A stretch of DNA of 64,000 nt. Source: Alphaproteobacteria bacterium. GTDB lineage: Bacteria > Pseudomonadota > Alphaproteobacteria > Rs-D84. Position 1 is the first letter of the stretch. Each line of letters begins with the position of its first letter. Below are positions 47,407 to 56,840 of the stretch, one piece after another. The stretch lies in assembly GCA_033345235.1 (NCBI GenBank), contig JAWPOC010000016.1, forward strand, positions 69,026 through 133,025. The letters run 5' to 3'. Below the pieces are notes generated by a model. It was given only the letters and a program-made list of their open reading frames with translations. It did not search any database and was not told the DNA's origin. A program made the position numbers and the translations under genes.

Positions 47407-47928
47407 ATGACTTACCAAGCTTATACAGAACAAGATATTCGTAACGCGATGGCAGTGGGTTTAGATAGTTTAACAAAATTGGCACGTGTTAGATTAAAAA
47501 CACGTTGGAAACAGATGCCTTTGAATAAACGCTGTGATGCAGCGCGTGCATTGGTTAATATGAATGCCGTAGCAAAAAAACCAGAGGCCTATTTTTCACG
47601 TGCGGCGACACAGCAAGCATGGAATAAACGTGCAAATGAATATGCGCAGGAAAAGAATTTAAAAAATGCCAGTGACGCATATTATATCGTTCAAGATCCA
47701 ACAGGGGTGGTTTGGAATTCTGTAGCAGGTGCATTCTTTGATGGAAATGGCAGTGATTATTATAATTTCTGTGAATTGATTCAAAATTGGGAATATAATA
47801 ACATCAAAGGCTTGTATGCGGATAAAATATTGAATTTGGCCAAAGCGTATAAAAACAAATTGGAACTGGCCAGTGCAAATAATTTTGCGCGTCCGTTTGT
47901 CGAAATAAAACAGGCTTTTCAAAGATAA
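47407..47928 (+). CDS. hypothetical protein, paralog 1 of a tandem pair
   Basis: RBS AAGGAGG 8 nt upstream of the ATG. Shares …ARALVNMNAVAKKPEAYFS…WNKRANEY…NFCELIQNWEY with the next gene. Confidence 0.45.
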   Translation: MTYQAYTEQDIRNAMAVGLDSLTKLARVRLKTRWKQMPLNKRCDAARALVNMNAVAKKPEAYFSRAATQQAWNKRANEYAQEKNLKNASDAYYIVQDPTGVVWNSVAGAFFDGNGSDYYNFCELIQNWEYNNIKGLYADKILNLAKAYKNKLELASANNFARPFVEIKQAFQR

Positions 47929-47941
47929 TAGGTGAAATTAT

Positions 47942-48475
47942 ATGTCGCATAATATCAGATTTGTACATTCGCAAATAGGTAAGGCTTTACAAGCGTTTAA
48001 AAATATCGCACATGCAGATTTGGTAAAATCTTGGGGGCGGTTTTCACAATCAGAACGTTGCCAAATCGCACGTGCGATGTTACTGATGGAAAATGCGGCC
48101 AGAAAGCCTGCAAACTATTTTTCATACGCAAAAACATATGCTACTTGGCAAACCAGAGCAAACAAATTTAAACAAGGCTTTGGTTTAACAGATGATGCGG
48201 TTGCGATGGATGCTGTTACAAATCCAGCCGAAGAATTTTTTGAAAAGGTCAAAATTGTTTGGATGAATCCAGACTTAGCACAGAAATATAAAAAATTCTG
48301 TGAATTGGTATATCTGTGGGAATATGCACGTAAGTCTGAACAATCAAGTGATGTTGTTGAAAAGTATGTAGATGCAATATTGTTTGTTGTGGCTGAGGTA
48401 TGTGCATATCAATTGCAGATACTAAACCAGAAAAATGCGTTCTTTCAAAAAATAAAAATGTATATATGCCGTTAA
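47942..48475 (+). CDS. hypothetical protein, paralog 2 of a tandem pair
   Basis: …ARAMLLMENAARKPANYFS…WQTRANKF…KFCELVYLWEY. Confidence 0.45.
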   Translation: MSHNIRFVHSQIGKALQAFKNIAHADLVKSWGRFSQSERCQIARAMLLMENAARKPANYFSYAKTYATWQTRANKFKQGFGLTDDAVAMDAVTNPAEEFFEKVKIVWMNPDLAQKYKKFCELVYLWEYARKSEQSSDVVEKYVDAILFVVAEVCAYQLQILNQKNAFFQKIKMYICR

Positions 48476-48476
48476 A

Positions 48477-48503
48477 AAAAATCCCCGTTTGGGGATTTTT
48501 TTA
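48477..48503. terminator. bidirectional terminator (TCCCC-N4-GGGGA type), probably the original serS terminator
   Basis: AAAAAAAATCCCCGTTTGGGGATTTTTTT, immediately followed by the displaced 42-bp copy of the serS 3' end. Confidence 0.6.
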
Positions 48504-48507
48504 TTGG

Positions 48508-49050
48508 TGTTTACCGCCGATTTTTGTGCGACCACCCATCAATGGTTGTTAATCCCCTTCGTCTGGCGAAGGGGTGCCCGTTAGGGCGGGGTAGTGGTTT
48601 TTTGTTGTTTCTTCAATTGATGAAATAACTTTATCTATTTGGAATTTTACGTCATGGTCGTCAAAATGTATTACAGACAGACCAAGCGATTTTAAATATT
48701 CATCTCGTTTTTTATCATATGTATATTTATTATCGTGCGAACAACCGTCGATTTCTATGACCAGCTTTAATTTTGGACAGTAAAAATCAACAATATAGTT
48801 CCCTATGATGCGTTGTCTATCAAAATCAAGTCCATTCGTACGTTTGTTTTTTAGTAAGTTCCACAAAAGAACTTCGGATAGGGTAGATTTTTTACGTAAT
48901 TCACGTGCGTTTTTTCGTAAATCTTTATTTGATGGTAATTTTATTGCCATAATTTACCACTACCCCGTCCGCATTCGCGTCCACCCCTTCGCTTAGCGAA
49001 GGGGATTATGTTTACCGCCGATTTTTGTGCGACCACCCATCAATGGTTGT
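48508..49050. mobile_element. small selfish cassette: 42-bp direct repeats (serS 3' end) flanking ~50-bp GC-rich inverted repeats and a DUF559 endonuclease-like gene
   Basis: DR 48508-48549 equals DR 49009-49050 (TGTTTACCGCCGATTTTTGTGCGACCACCCATCAATGGTTGT, 42/42). IR 48551-48598 AATCCCCTTCGTCTGGCGAAGGGGTGCCCGTTAGGGCGGGGTAGTGGT is matched by the reverse complement of 48956-49007. The DUF559 ORF lies between them. Confidence 0.6.
48549..48950 (-). CDS. DUF559 domain protein (Vsr-like/PD-(D/E)XK endonuclease fold)
   Basis: …LRKKSTLSEVLLWNLLKNKRTNGLDFDRQRIIGNYIVDFYCPKLKLVIEIDGCSHD… matches the DUF559 consensus. The last 15 codons are encoded by the left inverted repeat. Confidence 0.75.
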   Translation of the reverse strand: MAIKLPSNKDLRKNARELRKKSTLSEVLLWNLLKNKRTNGLDFDRQRIIGNYIVDFYCPKLKLVIEIDGCSHDNKYTYDKKRDEYLKSLGLSVIHFDDHDVKFQIDKVISSIEETTKNHYPALTGTPSPDEGD

Positions 49051-50282
49051 AACGCTTTTGGAATATTTACAGAACCGTCTGGGTTTTGGTGGTTTTCAAT
49101 AACAGGTACAATTGCACGCGGCAAGGCAATACCTGTATTATTTAATGTCGCACAGAATTGCATGCTGCCATCCGACGCGCGGAAACGTGTGTTTGTTCTG
49201 CGGGCTTGGAATTGACCAATCGATGAACAAGAACCTAGTTCACGATATGTATTTTCGCTGGGGAACCATGCTTCGACGTCATGCATTTTAATCTTGTTAA
49301 AGCCCATGTCGCCAGTGCATGCCATAATCACGCGATATGGTAATTCCAAATCTTCCATAATTTCGCACAAGTTATTTAACAAATGTTCGTGCATTTCATC
49401 AGATTGTTCAGGTGTGCAATATATATACTGTTCAACCTTGTTAAATTGATGTATACGTACAATTCCGCGGGTGTCGCGGCCGGCGGCACCTGCTTCTTTG
49501 CGGAAACATGGGGAATAGCCAGCGTATTTAATTGGTAAATCTTTTTCGTTCAAGACTTCATCACTGTGCAGAGAATTCAAGATAATTTCCGCAGTGCCTG
49601 CCAAACAACGGTCTGTATCAGTCAGCATAAATACATCGTTGTTCATAATAGATAAGTCTTTGCCAGTAAAATGTCCTGCATTAAATATTGTTTGTGGTTT
49701 TGTAATTGATGGGCAATTTACAAATGTAAATCCTTTGCTGATTAATTTTTGAATAACGTATGTTTGTATCGCCAGTTCTAATTCTGCGGCTTCGCCAAAC
49801 AGGGCGTATGTACGTGTGCCGCAAATTGATGCGATTTTTTCTGGCTTCCACCAGCCGTTCATTTCCAATAAATCCCATTGTGGGCGTGGTGTAAAGTCAA
49901 ATTCACGTGGTGTCCCAACGCGGCGGACTTCGACATTTTCAGAATCATCACGACCAATTGGCGTGTCTGCAGATGGAATTTGCGGAACGCTGTGTAATAA
50001 TTCAGACAGTTTTTCTTCTTTGTCGCTAAGTTCTGCCATATCAGCTGCAATTTCCGCATTGATTTCTTTGGATTTTGCAATCAGGGGCGCTTTGTCGGCA
50101 GCAGTTGGTATTTCACGTGTGATTTTATTCTTTTCTGCTGTTTTTGATTGCGTGATTGTTTTAAGTTCACGAACGCGTTTGTCTAGTTCTAAAATTTCGT
50201 CTGTGTAATCTGTATAACCTTTTAATTCACAGGCTTTTTTTACGGCGTCCGGATTTTCGCGAATAAATTTTATATCTAGCAT
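48993..50282 (-). CDS. serS: serine--tRNA ligase
   Basis: N-terminal coiled-coil arm plus class II core. The C-terminus now reads …GGKHNPLR*, where NPLR* is supplied by the cassette inverted repeat. The displaced copy reads …GGKHQ*. Confidence 0.95.
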   Translation of the reverse strand: MLDIKFIRENPDAVKKACELKGYTDYTDEILELDKRVRELKTITQSKTAEKNKITREIPTAADKAPLIAKSKEINAEIAADMAELSDKEEKLSELLHSVPQIPSADTPIGRDDSENVEVRRVGTPREFDFTPRPQWDLLEMNGWWKPEKIASICGTRTYALFGEAAELELAIQTYVIQKLISKGFTFVNCPSITKPQTIFNAGHFTGKDLSIMNNDVFMLTDTDRCLAGTAEIILNSLHSDEVLNEKDLPIKYAGYSPCFRKEAGAAGRDTRGIVRIHQFNKVEQYIYCTPEQSDEMHEHLLNNLCEIMEDLELPYRVIMACTGDMGFNKIKMHDVEAWFPSENTYRELGSCSSIGQFQARRTNTRFRASDGSMQFCATLNNTGIALPRAIVPVIENHQNPDGSVNIPKALQPLMGGRTKIGGKHNPLR

Positions 50283-50531
50283 AATAATGTGTCCTTGTTG
50301 TTTTTTTTATATATACTATAACTAATAATATTTTTTGTAAAGAAAATGCGTGATAAATTATTCCCCAAATGGGGATGATATAGTGCTAAAAAATACAAAA
50401 CTCAATTTCATAACGTACATAATTATAAAATACTTTAAGTTGAAAAGCAACAGAATATAATGTGCTGTTTTTGTTTGCATAAGGTTTATATATTGTGTAT
50501 GCTGAGGCAGAACAAATAGGAAGGTTTTATT

Positions 50532-51431
50532 ATGTATGATATTATTATCTTAGGTTCTGGCCCTGCGGGCTTAACAGCGGCATTGTATGCGGCGCGCGCA
50601 AATAAAAAGACAATTGTGTTGGGTGGAAGTCGTCTGGGTGGCCAGATGGCAGGTATCGCAACATTGGAAAATTATCCGGGCTTTGAAGGCAGTGGTTTAG
50701 AGTTAGCAGAGTTTATGAAAAATCAAGCAGAACACTTTGGCGCGACTGTGAATTTTGTGTCGGCAAAAAATATATCTGGCGACGCAGAAACAGGATTTGT
50801 GGTCTCTGCAGATGACGGTAAAGAATATACAGGGCGTGCAGTAATTATTGCCACAGGTGCGTCACCACGTAAACTGGAAATCGAAGGGGCGCGCGAATTG
50901 ATGGGGCGTGGTGTGTCTTATTGTGCAACGTGTGATGGATTCTTTTACAGTGGTAAAACTGTTATGGTTATGGGCGGCGGAAACAGCGCGCTGAATGATG
51001 CGTTGTATTTGGCTGATTTGGCCAAGACAGTTAAAATTGTTTATCGCAAGGCCGAATTTACGCGGGCAGAGGCTGTATTACGTGAACGTGTCGCAGCACG
51101 TGAAAATATTGAATGCTTGTTCAATACAGATTTGGTAAAAATTGAAGAAAAACCAGATTCAACAGATGGTGAATTGATTGTTACAACAACGACCGGTGAT
51201 AAAATAGTTGTTGACGGTTTGTTTGTCGCAATTGGACACGAAGCCAACACAGATTATTTAACCGAAGATGTTAAACGTGATGCAATGGGGCGTCTTGCAC
51301 CATCTGCATTGCCAGCGGGTATGTTTGTTGCAGGTGATGTGCACAGCGATATCAAAATGCAGATTGCAACAGCTGTTGGTACAGGGTGTACGGCTGGGAT
51401 GGATGCCATCGCATTCCTTAACAAAAATTAA
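50532..51431 (+). CDS. trxB: thioredoxin-disulfide reductase
   Basis: FAD motif GSGPAG, redox-active CATCDGFFY, and NADPH motif GGGNSA. Confidence 0.9.
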   Translation: MYDIIILGSGPAGLTAALYAARANKKTIVLGGSRLGGQMAGIATLENYPGFEGSGLELAEFMKNQAEHFGATVNFVSAKNISGDAETGFVVSADDGKEYTGRAVIIATGASPRKLEIEGARELMGRGVSYCATCDGFFYSGKTVMVMGGGNSALNDALYLADLAKTVKIVYRKAEFTRAEAVLRERVAARENIECLFNTDLVKIEEKPDSTDGELIVTTTTGDKIVVDGLFVAIGHEANTDYLTEDVKRDAMGRLAPSALPAGMFVAGDVHSDIKMQIATAVGTGCTAGMDAIAFLNKN

Positions 51432-51548
51432 ATATAACAATTCATCTGTGGACGGTCCCGATAACTCATGTAACATTTGTACACTACGTTATCGGGACCG
51501 TTCCACATCTAAACTGTTCTATTTAATTTTCCGCTAATCACTACCCAC
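51432..51548 (+). repeat. hairpin-loop repeat element, copy C (subfamily 2)
   Basis: Hairpin 51447-51507: arm TGTGGACGGTCCCGATAAC, loop TCATGTAACATTTGTACACTAC, arm GTTATCGGGACCGTTCCACA. Tail …CTATTTAATTTTCCGCTAATCAC…. Confidence 0.8.
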
Positions 51549-51552
51549 TAGA

Positions 51553-52056
51553 TTATTTTTTACCAAAGTGTTTCTTTAATATATCGTATGCAGCGGAAAT
51601 GCGCGCAAATTCTGTAGCGGCGTTCTTTTTGTCTGTCGCTGTATCCGGATGGTATTGTTTTGCCATCGCGCGGTATTTTGTGCCGACTTCGCGCCACGTG
51701 GCAGATATACCAAGGCCAAATACTTTTAATGCCGATACAACCGTTGTTGGTAATTTATTTTTTGCAGGCATACGATCAAATTTACTGCGGCCATGCAGAA
51801 AGTCATTTAAAAACTGGGTATAATCAGTTGCTTCTTTGTTTGCTGTATCTGTATCTTTTAATGGTGCGCCAAATGTTTGTCGTTCCCAATCGGCTTCGAT
51901 TTCTTCGGGGGACATATCTGCATAAAAATTCCAATTTTTGTTATATTCTGCAGCGTGTTCCTGACAGAAAAACCAATAATCTTTTAAGTCGCGGGATTTT
52001 GGTGCGCGACATGTTCCTGCTTTGGTGCAGCCCGTTTTATCACATTTTTTTATCAT
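51553..52056 (-). CDS. J-domain protein with a Cys-rich N-terminus
   Basis: C-terminal J-domain …YRAMAKQYHPDTATDKKNAATEFARISAAYDIL…. The N-terminus has CxxGC/CxxxC motifs. Confidence 0.6.
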   Translation of the reverse strand: MIKKCDKTGCTKAGTCRAPKSRDLKDYWFFCQEHAAEYNKNWNFYADMSPEEIEADWERQTFGAPLKDTDTANKEATDYTQFLNDFLHGRSKFDRMPAKNKLPTTVVSALKVFGLGISATWREVGTKYRAMAKQYHPDTATDKKNAATEFARISAAYDILKKHFGKK

Positions 52057-52920
52057 TTATCTTGTACCTTTGTTCATCCCAAAAGGATGGTGCTTTTCAA
52101 CTGTTTCTTTTAACTGTTCTGGCATAACGTGCGTGTATATCTGGGTTGTAGATATATCTTCGTGCCCCAACATTGTTTGTATCGCACGCAAGTTCGCACC
52201 GCCAGCCAGTAAGTGTGACGCAAATGAATGACGCAGTACGTGTGGACTGACGCGATTCGGATCAATGCCGGACAGTATAGCACATTTTTTTAAAATTTTG
52301 AAAAAACCATCACGTGTTATGTGACCGGAATTTCCACGTGATGGAAATACGTATTTAGAATCAATGTCACCACGTGCATCCAGCCACTTGTTCAGTGCAT
52401 GTATGGCGGTGGCGTGCATTGGGATTAATCTTTCTTTGGCGCCTTTGCCATGTATTAATAATTTATCCCCCAGTACCCCAGATAATGGTAATTCACATAA
52501 TTCTGATACGCGCAGCCCAGATGCATACAACAATTCAATCATCGCGCGCAGACGAAGTGCTGTTTTTATGTCGCCTGCGGATGATATTAACAGTTCGATT
52601 TCTGTGGGTGATAAAAATTTAGGTAACTTGCGTTCGCGTTTCGGTAATTCCAGATTTTGCGCAGGATTTGTTTCGATTATTTTTTCCAACATCAGAAATT
52701 TATAAAAACCACGTAATGCAGACGCTTTGCGGGCAATAGATGATGGCTTTTCAGATAGTTCTGATAAATATTGTTGTACAGACGCGTTCGTCGCGCTAAT
52801 TAAGCCACCATCAAGCGCAGCGTCTGCTAGAATTAAATCAGACTTGTAGCTGGATAGTGTTCTTTCGCTGCAGCCTTTTTCAGCAGACAGGGCTTCTAAG
52901 AAAATATCTATATAGTTCAC
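52057..52920 (-). CDS. xerD: tyrosine recombinase XerD-type
   Basis: Catalytic motifs …RLRAMIELLYASGLRVSELCEL… and HVLRHSFASHLL…LGHEDISTTQIYTHV. The N-terminus FLEALSAEKGCSERTLSSYKSDL is closer to XerD than to XerC. Confidence 0.75.
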   Translation of the reverse strand: MNYIDIFLEALSAEKGCSERTLSSYKSDLILADAALDGGLISATNASVQQYLSELSEKPSSIARKASALRGFYKFLMLEKIIETNPAQNLELPKRERKLPKFLSPTEIELLISSAGDIKTALRLRAMIELLYASGLRVSELCELPLSGVLGDKLLIHGKGAKERLIPMHATAIHALNKWLDARGDIDSKYVFPSRGNSGHITRDGFFKILKKCAILSGIDPNRVSPHVLRHSFASHLLAGGANLRAIQTMLGHEDISTTQIYTHVMPEQLKETVEKHHPFGMNKGTR

Positions 52921-53069
52921 GGATATACTACGATTTCAGTCATATGTTGTGTTGTTGGAAATGATATAATCATTAATATAATGAATATCGCAATCAAAGC
53001 CCATATCAGGATTGTTTTTGCTTTGGTATTTTTTTTCTTTTTTATTGGCATTGTTTCCCTCATTCTTTT

Positions 53070-54128
53070 TTATATAGTGTCAAAACTGGTAATAAATATT
53101 CCGGCGCCCGCAATAATAATTAATGGTGGGGCAATAATAGATAATATCGGGGGCAGGGTGCCTGTCGCGCCCAATGCGTTAAATAAATTTATCAGAAAGT
53201 AAACAATAAAGCAGGTTATAATACCCAAACTAAATTTAATCCCAAAACTGTAATTGCGGCGTTGTTTGGTCTGAGAAAATGCAATCCCCAACGTCGCCAT
53301 TGATATCATTGTCAGTGGCAAAAATAACAGTGTCCAAAATTGTACACTATGCCCGCGAACAGGTGCGCCAATGTCTTTCATTTTTGTTATGAATTCAGGT
53401 AATTGCCAGAATGATATCTGGTCTGGTTGCAGATATCTGTCCAGTACTGTTTGTGGTGTCAGCATTGTTTTTACGTTCCAATCTGAATTTGTGACAGTGC
53501 CGTCTGGATGCCATATTTGTGCGTCTGTGGCAAATAGACCGTCATCAGATAATGTGACAGACTGGGCGTTAATGCGATTGGTTAATTTGAATGTTGCGTC
53601 TTGGGTATATATTGTCGCATTTTTAAATATTAATGTGTTCGCATTTTTTTGCATGCCTTTGGCGTTCATAGTTATATATTGGTCATCTGTTGATTCGCGT
53701 AACCAAATAGAATTATCAATTAATTGTAAATTATCAGATGTTATATGATCAGAACTAATCCGAACAGAATATGGATTAATAACCGTCGTCGCAAACAAGC
53801 CAATTAAAAATGCGCCAATCAAAAACGGTGTCGTCGATTGAAAAGGTGACAGACCTGCACTGGCAATAATAATGTTTTCTGTGGACTTGGTTAATTTATA
53901 AGCTGTTAACAGCGTGCCCATAAATACAGCCAGCGGCAGAAATAATGGAACGTATTCCAACAAGCGTATCCAAGATTCATAAAGTGCCGCAATTGCAGTC
54001 GGATTAGATGGCAGACGTTCTACAAAAGTTACTGCCAATATTATCCCGCATACAATCAGCATAACAAGACCAACGCCAGAAAAAAATCGGCGTAATAAAA
54101 AACGATTTAAGATATTAAACCTGAACAT
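53070..54128 (-). CDS. LptF/LptG-family LPS export permease
   Basis: YjgP/YjgQ-type N-terminus MFRFNILNRFLLRRFFSGVGLVMLIV, 6 TM helices with a periplasmic beta-jellyroll insert. Confidence 0.7.
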   Translation of the reverse strand: MFRFNILNRFLLRRFFSGVGLVMLIVCGIILAVTFVERLPSNPTAIAALYESWIRLLEYVPLFLPLAVFMGTLLTAYKLTKSTENIIIASAGLSPFQSTTPFLIGAFLIGLFATTVINPYSVRISSDHITSDNLQLIDNSIWLRESTDDQYITMNAKGMQKNANTLIFKNATIYTQDATFKLTNRINAQSVTLSDDGLFATDAQIWHPDGTVTNSDWNVKTMLTPQTVLDRYLQPDQISFWQLPEFITKMKDIGAPVRGHSVQFWTLLFLPLTMISMATLGIAFSQTKQRRNYSFGIKFSLGIITCFIVYFLINLFNALGATGTLPPILSIIAPPLIIIAGAGIFITSFDTI

Positions 54129-54222
54129 AGTAATAAAACTATACCTTGTTCATTTGATAATTGCAAAATTAAAATGAATGCGTATAATTCTGCAAGAATA
54201 AAAATAAATAGGATGTAAAATT

Positions 54223-54693
54223 ATGGAAAAGAAACCAATTTCAAGGGCTGGTTTTGATAACTTGTTGAAAGAACTGAGAGATTTAAAGGAAAATCAAAGA
54301 CCAGAAATTTTAAAAACTGTTCAATGGGCGCGTTCTTTGGGGGATTTGTCTGAGAATGCGGATTACAGCGCGGCCAAAGAAAAACAACGTCAAATCGACA
54401 ACAGAATCAGATTTATCGAAGATGTAATTGAAAATGCCGCGATTATTGATATTGATTCGTTGTCAGGAAACAGGGTGGTTTTTGGTGCGCGTGTTGTCGC
54501 CGAAGACGAAGATGGTAATAAAATGCAATGCAGAATTTTGTCTGATATAGAATCTGATGGCAGAACTGTGATTTCTTGTACTTCGCCTGTGGGGCGCGCA
54601 ATGATTGGCAGATGTGTTGGTGATACATGTATTGTGAAATTGCCCAGCGGTGAAAAAGAATATGAAATTTTATCCGTCAGCTTTAAGGATTAA
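54223..54693 (+). CDS. greA: transcription elongation factor GreA
   Basis: Coiled-coil N-domain with …SENADY… and FKBP-like C-domain. 156 aa. Confidence 0.9.
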   Translation: MEKKPISRAGFDNLLKELRDLKENQRPEILKTVQWARSLGDLSENADYSAAKEKQRQIDNRIRFIEDVIENAAIIDIDSLSGNRVVFGARVVAEDEDGNKMQCRILSDIESDGRTVISCTSPVGRAMIGRCVGDTCIVKLPSGEKEYEILSVSFKD

Positions 54694-54699
54694 TGCGTT

Positions 54700-56445
54700 A
54701 TGACAGTTCGCGTGTTACCAGACTTTTTAATCAATCAAATCGCAGCAGGTGAGGTTGTAGAAAGACCGGCCAGTGTGGTGAAAGAATTGGTTGAAAATGC
54801 GCTGGACGCGGGCTCAACACAAATTGTCATAGATGTTGTTGATGGTGGACGCACAATGATTTGTGTGACAGATAATGGGTCTGGGATGTCACGTGATGAT
54901 TTGGCGCGTGCGATAACACGACATGCAACATCTAAATTGCCAGATGATGATTTGTTAAATATTAACTTTATGGGATTCCGTGGCGAAGCGTTGCCGTCAA
55001 TTGCGTCTGTGTCTGATATGACAATTGATACCTGTAATGGCACAGATGAAAATGGTTGGCAAATTGATTGTACTTCGCATGAAATTAAACCGTCTGATTG
55101 GCAGACAGGAACCAGAATTCGTGTGCAAAATTTATTTGCAAAAACACCTGCACGATTAAAGTTTCTGCGCGGCGACAAGGCGGAACTGATGTCTGTTGTA
55201 GATGTTGTCAAAAGATTGGCAATGGCCAGAACTGATGTCGGGTTTGTACTGAATAACAAGTGGTTCTTTCCAAAAGATGTGTCTTTGTTGGAACGACTGG
55301 AATCTGTTATGGGGCCAGATGTTCGTGGCCGTATGCTGGAAGTTAGCGCAGAATCTATGTCTGGGTCTGGTATGAAATTGTCAGGTTTTATATCGCAGCC
55401 AACGTTACGTCGCGCATCGTCTGTGGATCAATATTTGTTTGTTAATGGACGGCCAGTCAAAGATAAAGTCTTGGTCGGGGCGTTGCGTGCTGCGTATATG
55501 GATGTAATGCATGCACGTGAATTTCCTTTGTGTGCATTGTATTTAACTTTGCCATCTGGGGCGGTTGATGTTAATGTGTCGCCCGCCAAGACCGAAGTGC
55601 ATTTTCTGGAACCAAATCATGTTAGGGCTTTTATTATCAAGACTTTGCGTGACAGATTGTCACAAACAATCGCGCAAAGTGCGCCACTTAGGCCGGTTAC
55701 AGAATTTAAACATAATCATTTTGTTAAACCAAATGTGCCGCCGGTTAAATTTGATTTAGGACAAAATTCTGGAACGCGTATATTTGTAAGTGATGTTTTA
55801 AAACAAGTTACCCCAGAAATGTTCCCAACGCCTTTTGTTGCAGAACCAAAAGATACTTTAAATCAGGTGCAAAGTATTGATTTGCCTTTGGGACGTGTCG
55901 TTGGACAGGTTGCAAACAAATATATAATTGCACAAAAAGATGGTAATATGGTTATTGTTGACCAACATGCAGGTCATGAACGTATAACCTATGAAAAATT
56001 ACGTAATGGAAAAATAAAGTCCCAGCCATTATTAACGCCAATCGTGATAAACCTGCGCGCAGAAGATGTTAATGCGATTATGTCTGTCGCAGATGATTTG
56101 AAAAAGTCAGGTTTGCATATTGATGTTTTTGGTGATGATGCGATTGCTATATTTGAAAAACCGTCTGATTGGGATTTGAAATGGGATGATGTTCTGCATG
56201 CGGTGGCTGATGAAGTGCGGGAAAATGGTTCGTCCAGCCAGTTAAATGAAAAATTGCATTTGAAACTGGCAAATTATGCGTGTCATCATTCTGTGCGCGC
56301 AGGTCAAAAACTGGATTTTGCCCAGATGGATGCGCTGTTGCGCGATATTGAAAATACAGAACGTGCAGGACAATGTAACCATGGGCGTCCTGTGTATAAA
56401 ATTATACCGCTGATAGAAATAGATACTTGGTTTGAAAGATTATAA
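54700..56445 (+). CDS. mutL: DNA mismatch repair protein MutL
   Basis: GHKL ATPase motifs IAAGEVVERPASVVKELVENALDAG, and a C-terminal dimerisation domain. Confidence 0.95.
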   Translation: MTVRVLPDFLINQIAAGEVVERPASVVKELVENALDAGSTQIVIDVVDGGRTMICVTDNGSGMSRDDLARAITRHATSKLPDDDLLNINFMGFRGEALPSIASVSDMTIDTCNGTDENGWQIDCTSHEIKPSDWQTGTRIRVQNLFAKTPARLKFLRGDKAELMSVVDVVKRLAMARTDVGFVLNNKWFFPKDVSLLERLESVMGPDVRGRMLEVSAESMSGSGMKLSGFISQPTLRRASSVDQYLFVNGRPVKDKVLVGALRAAYMDVMHAREFPLCALYLTLPSGAVDVNVSPAKTEVHFLEPNHVRAFIIKTLRDRLSQTIAQSAPLRPVTEFKHNHFVKPNVPPVKFDLGQNSGTRIFVSDVLKQVTPEMFPTPFVAEPKDTLNQVQSIDLPLGRVVGQVANKYIIAQKDGNMVIVDQHAGHERITYEKLRNGKIKSQPLLTPIVINLRAEDVNAIMSVADDLKKSGLHIDVFGDDAIAIFEKPSDWDLKWDDVLHAVADEVRENGSSSQLNEKLHLKLANYACHHSVRAGQKLDFAQMDALLRDIENTERAGQCNHGRPVYKIIPLIEIDTWFERL

Positions 56446-56516
56446 TTTCTGTGATTTTCTCTTTACAATAATGGCTTTTTTTACTACGGTTCTTGTATTA
56501 AACAAGGAGAAATTAT

Positions 56517-56831
56517 ATGGAAAATACAATCGAAGTCGTTGATGCTGTTGCTCAGACAGGTGCGGTGAATGCTCAACAGGGCAGTTTTTGGGGAATGGTT
56601 CTGTATTGTGTTGTTGTTTTGGGAATAATCTATTTCTTGATGGTGCGCCCAAATAAAAAACGTATGGCAGAATATCAAAAGATGTTGGATTCCTTGAAGG
56701 TAGGTAATCGTGTTATGGCTGCAGGTATATACGGCGTGATTAAAAAAATAAATGAAAAAACAATCGAAATGGAAGTCGCAAAAGGCGTTGTTATCGAAGT
56801 TAATAAAAACGCTGTGGCAAGTGTTGAATAA
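56517..56831 (+). CDS. yajC: preprotein translocase subunit YajC
   Basis: Single TM plus …KMLDSLKVGNRVMAAGIYGVI… YajC signature. Sits upstream of secD. Confidence 0.85.
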   Translation: MENTIEVVDAVAQTGAVNAQQGSFWGMVLYCVVVLGIIYFLMVRPNKKRMAEYQKMLDSLKVGNRVMAAGIYGVIKKINEKTIEMEVAKGVVIEVNKNAVASVE

Positions 56832-56840
56832 CTATAAGGA

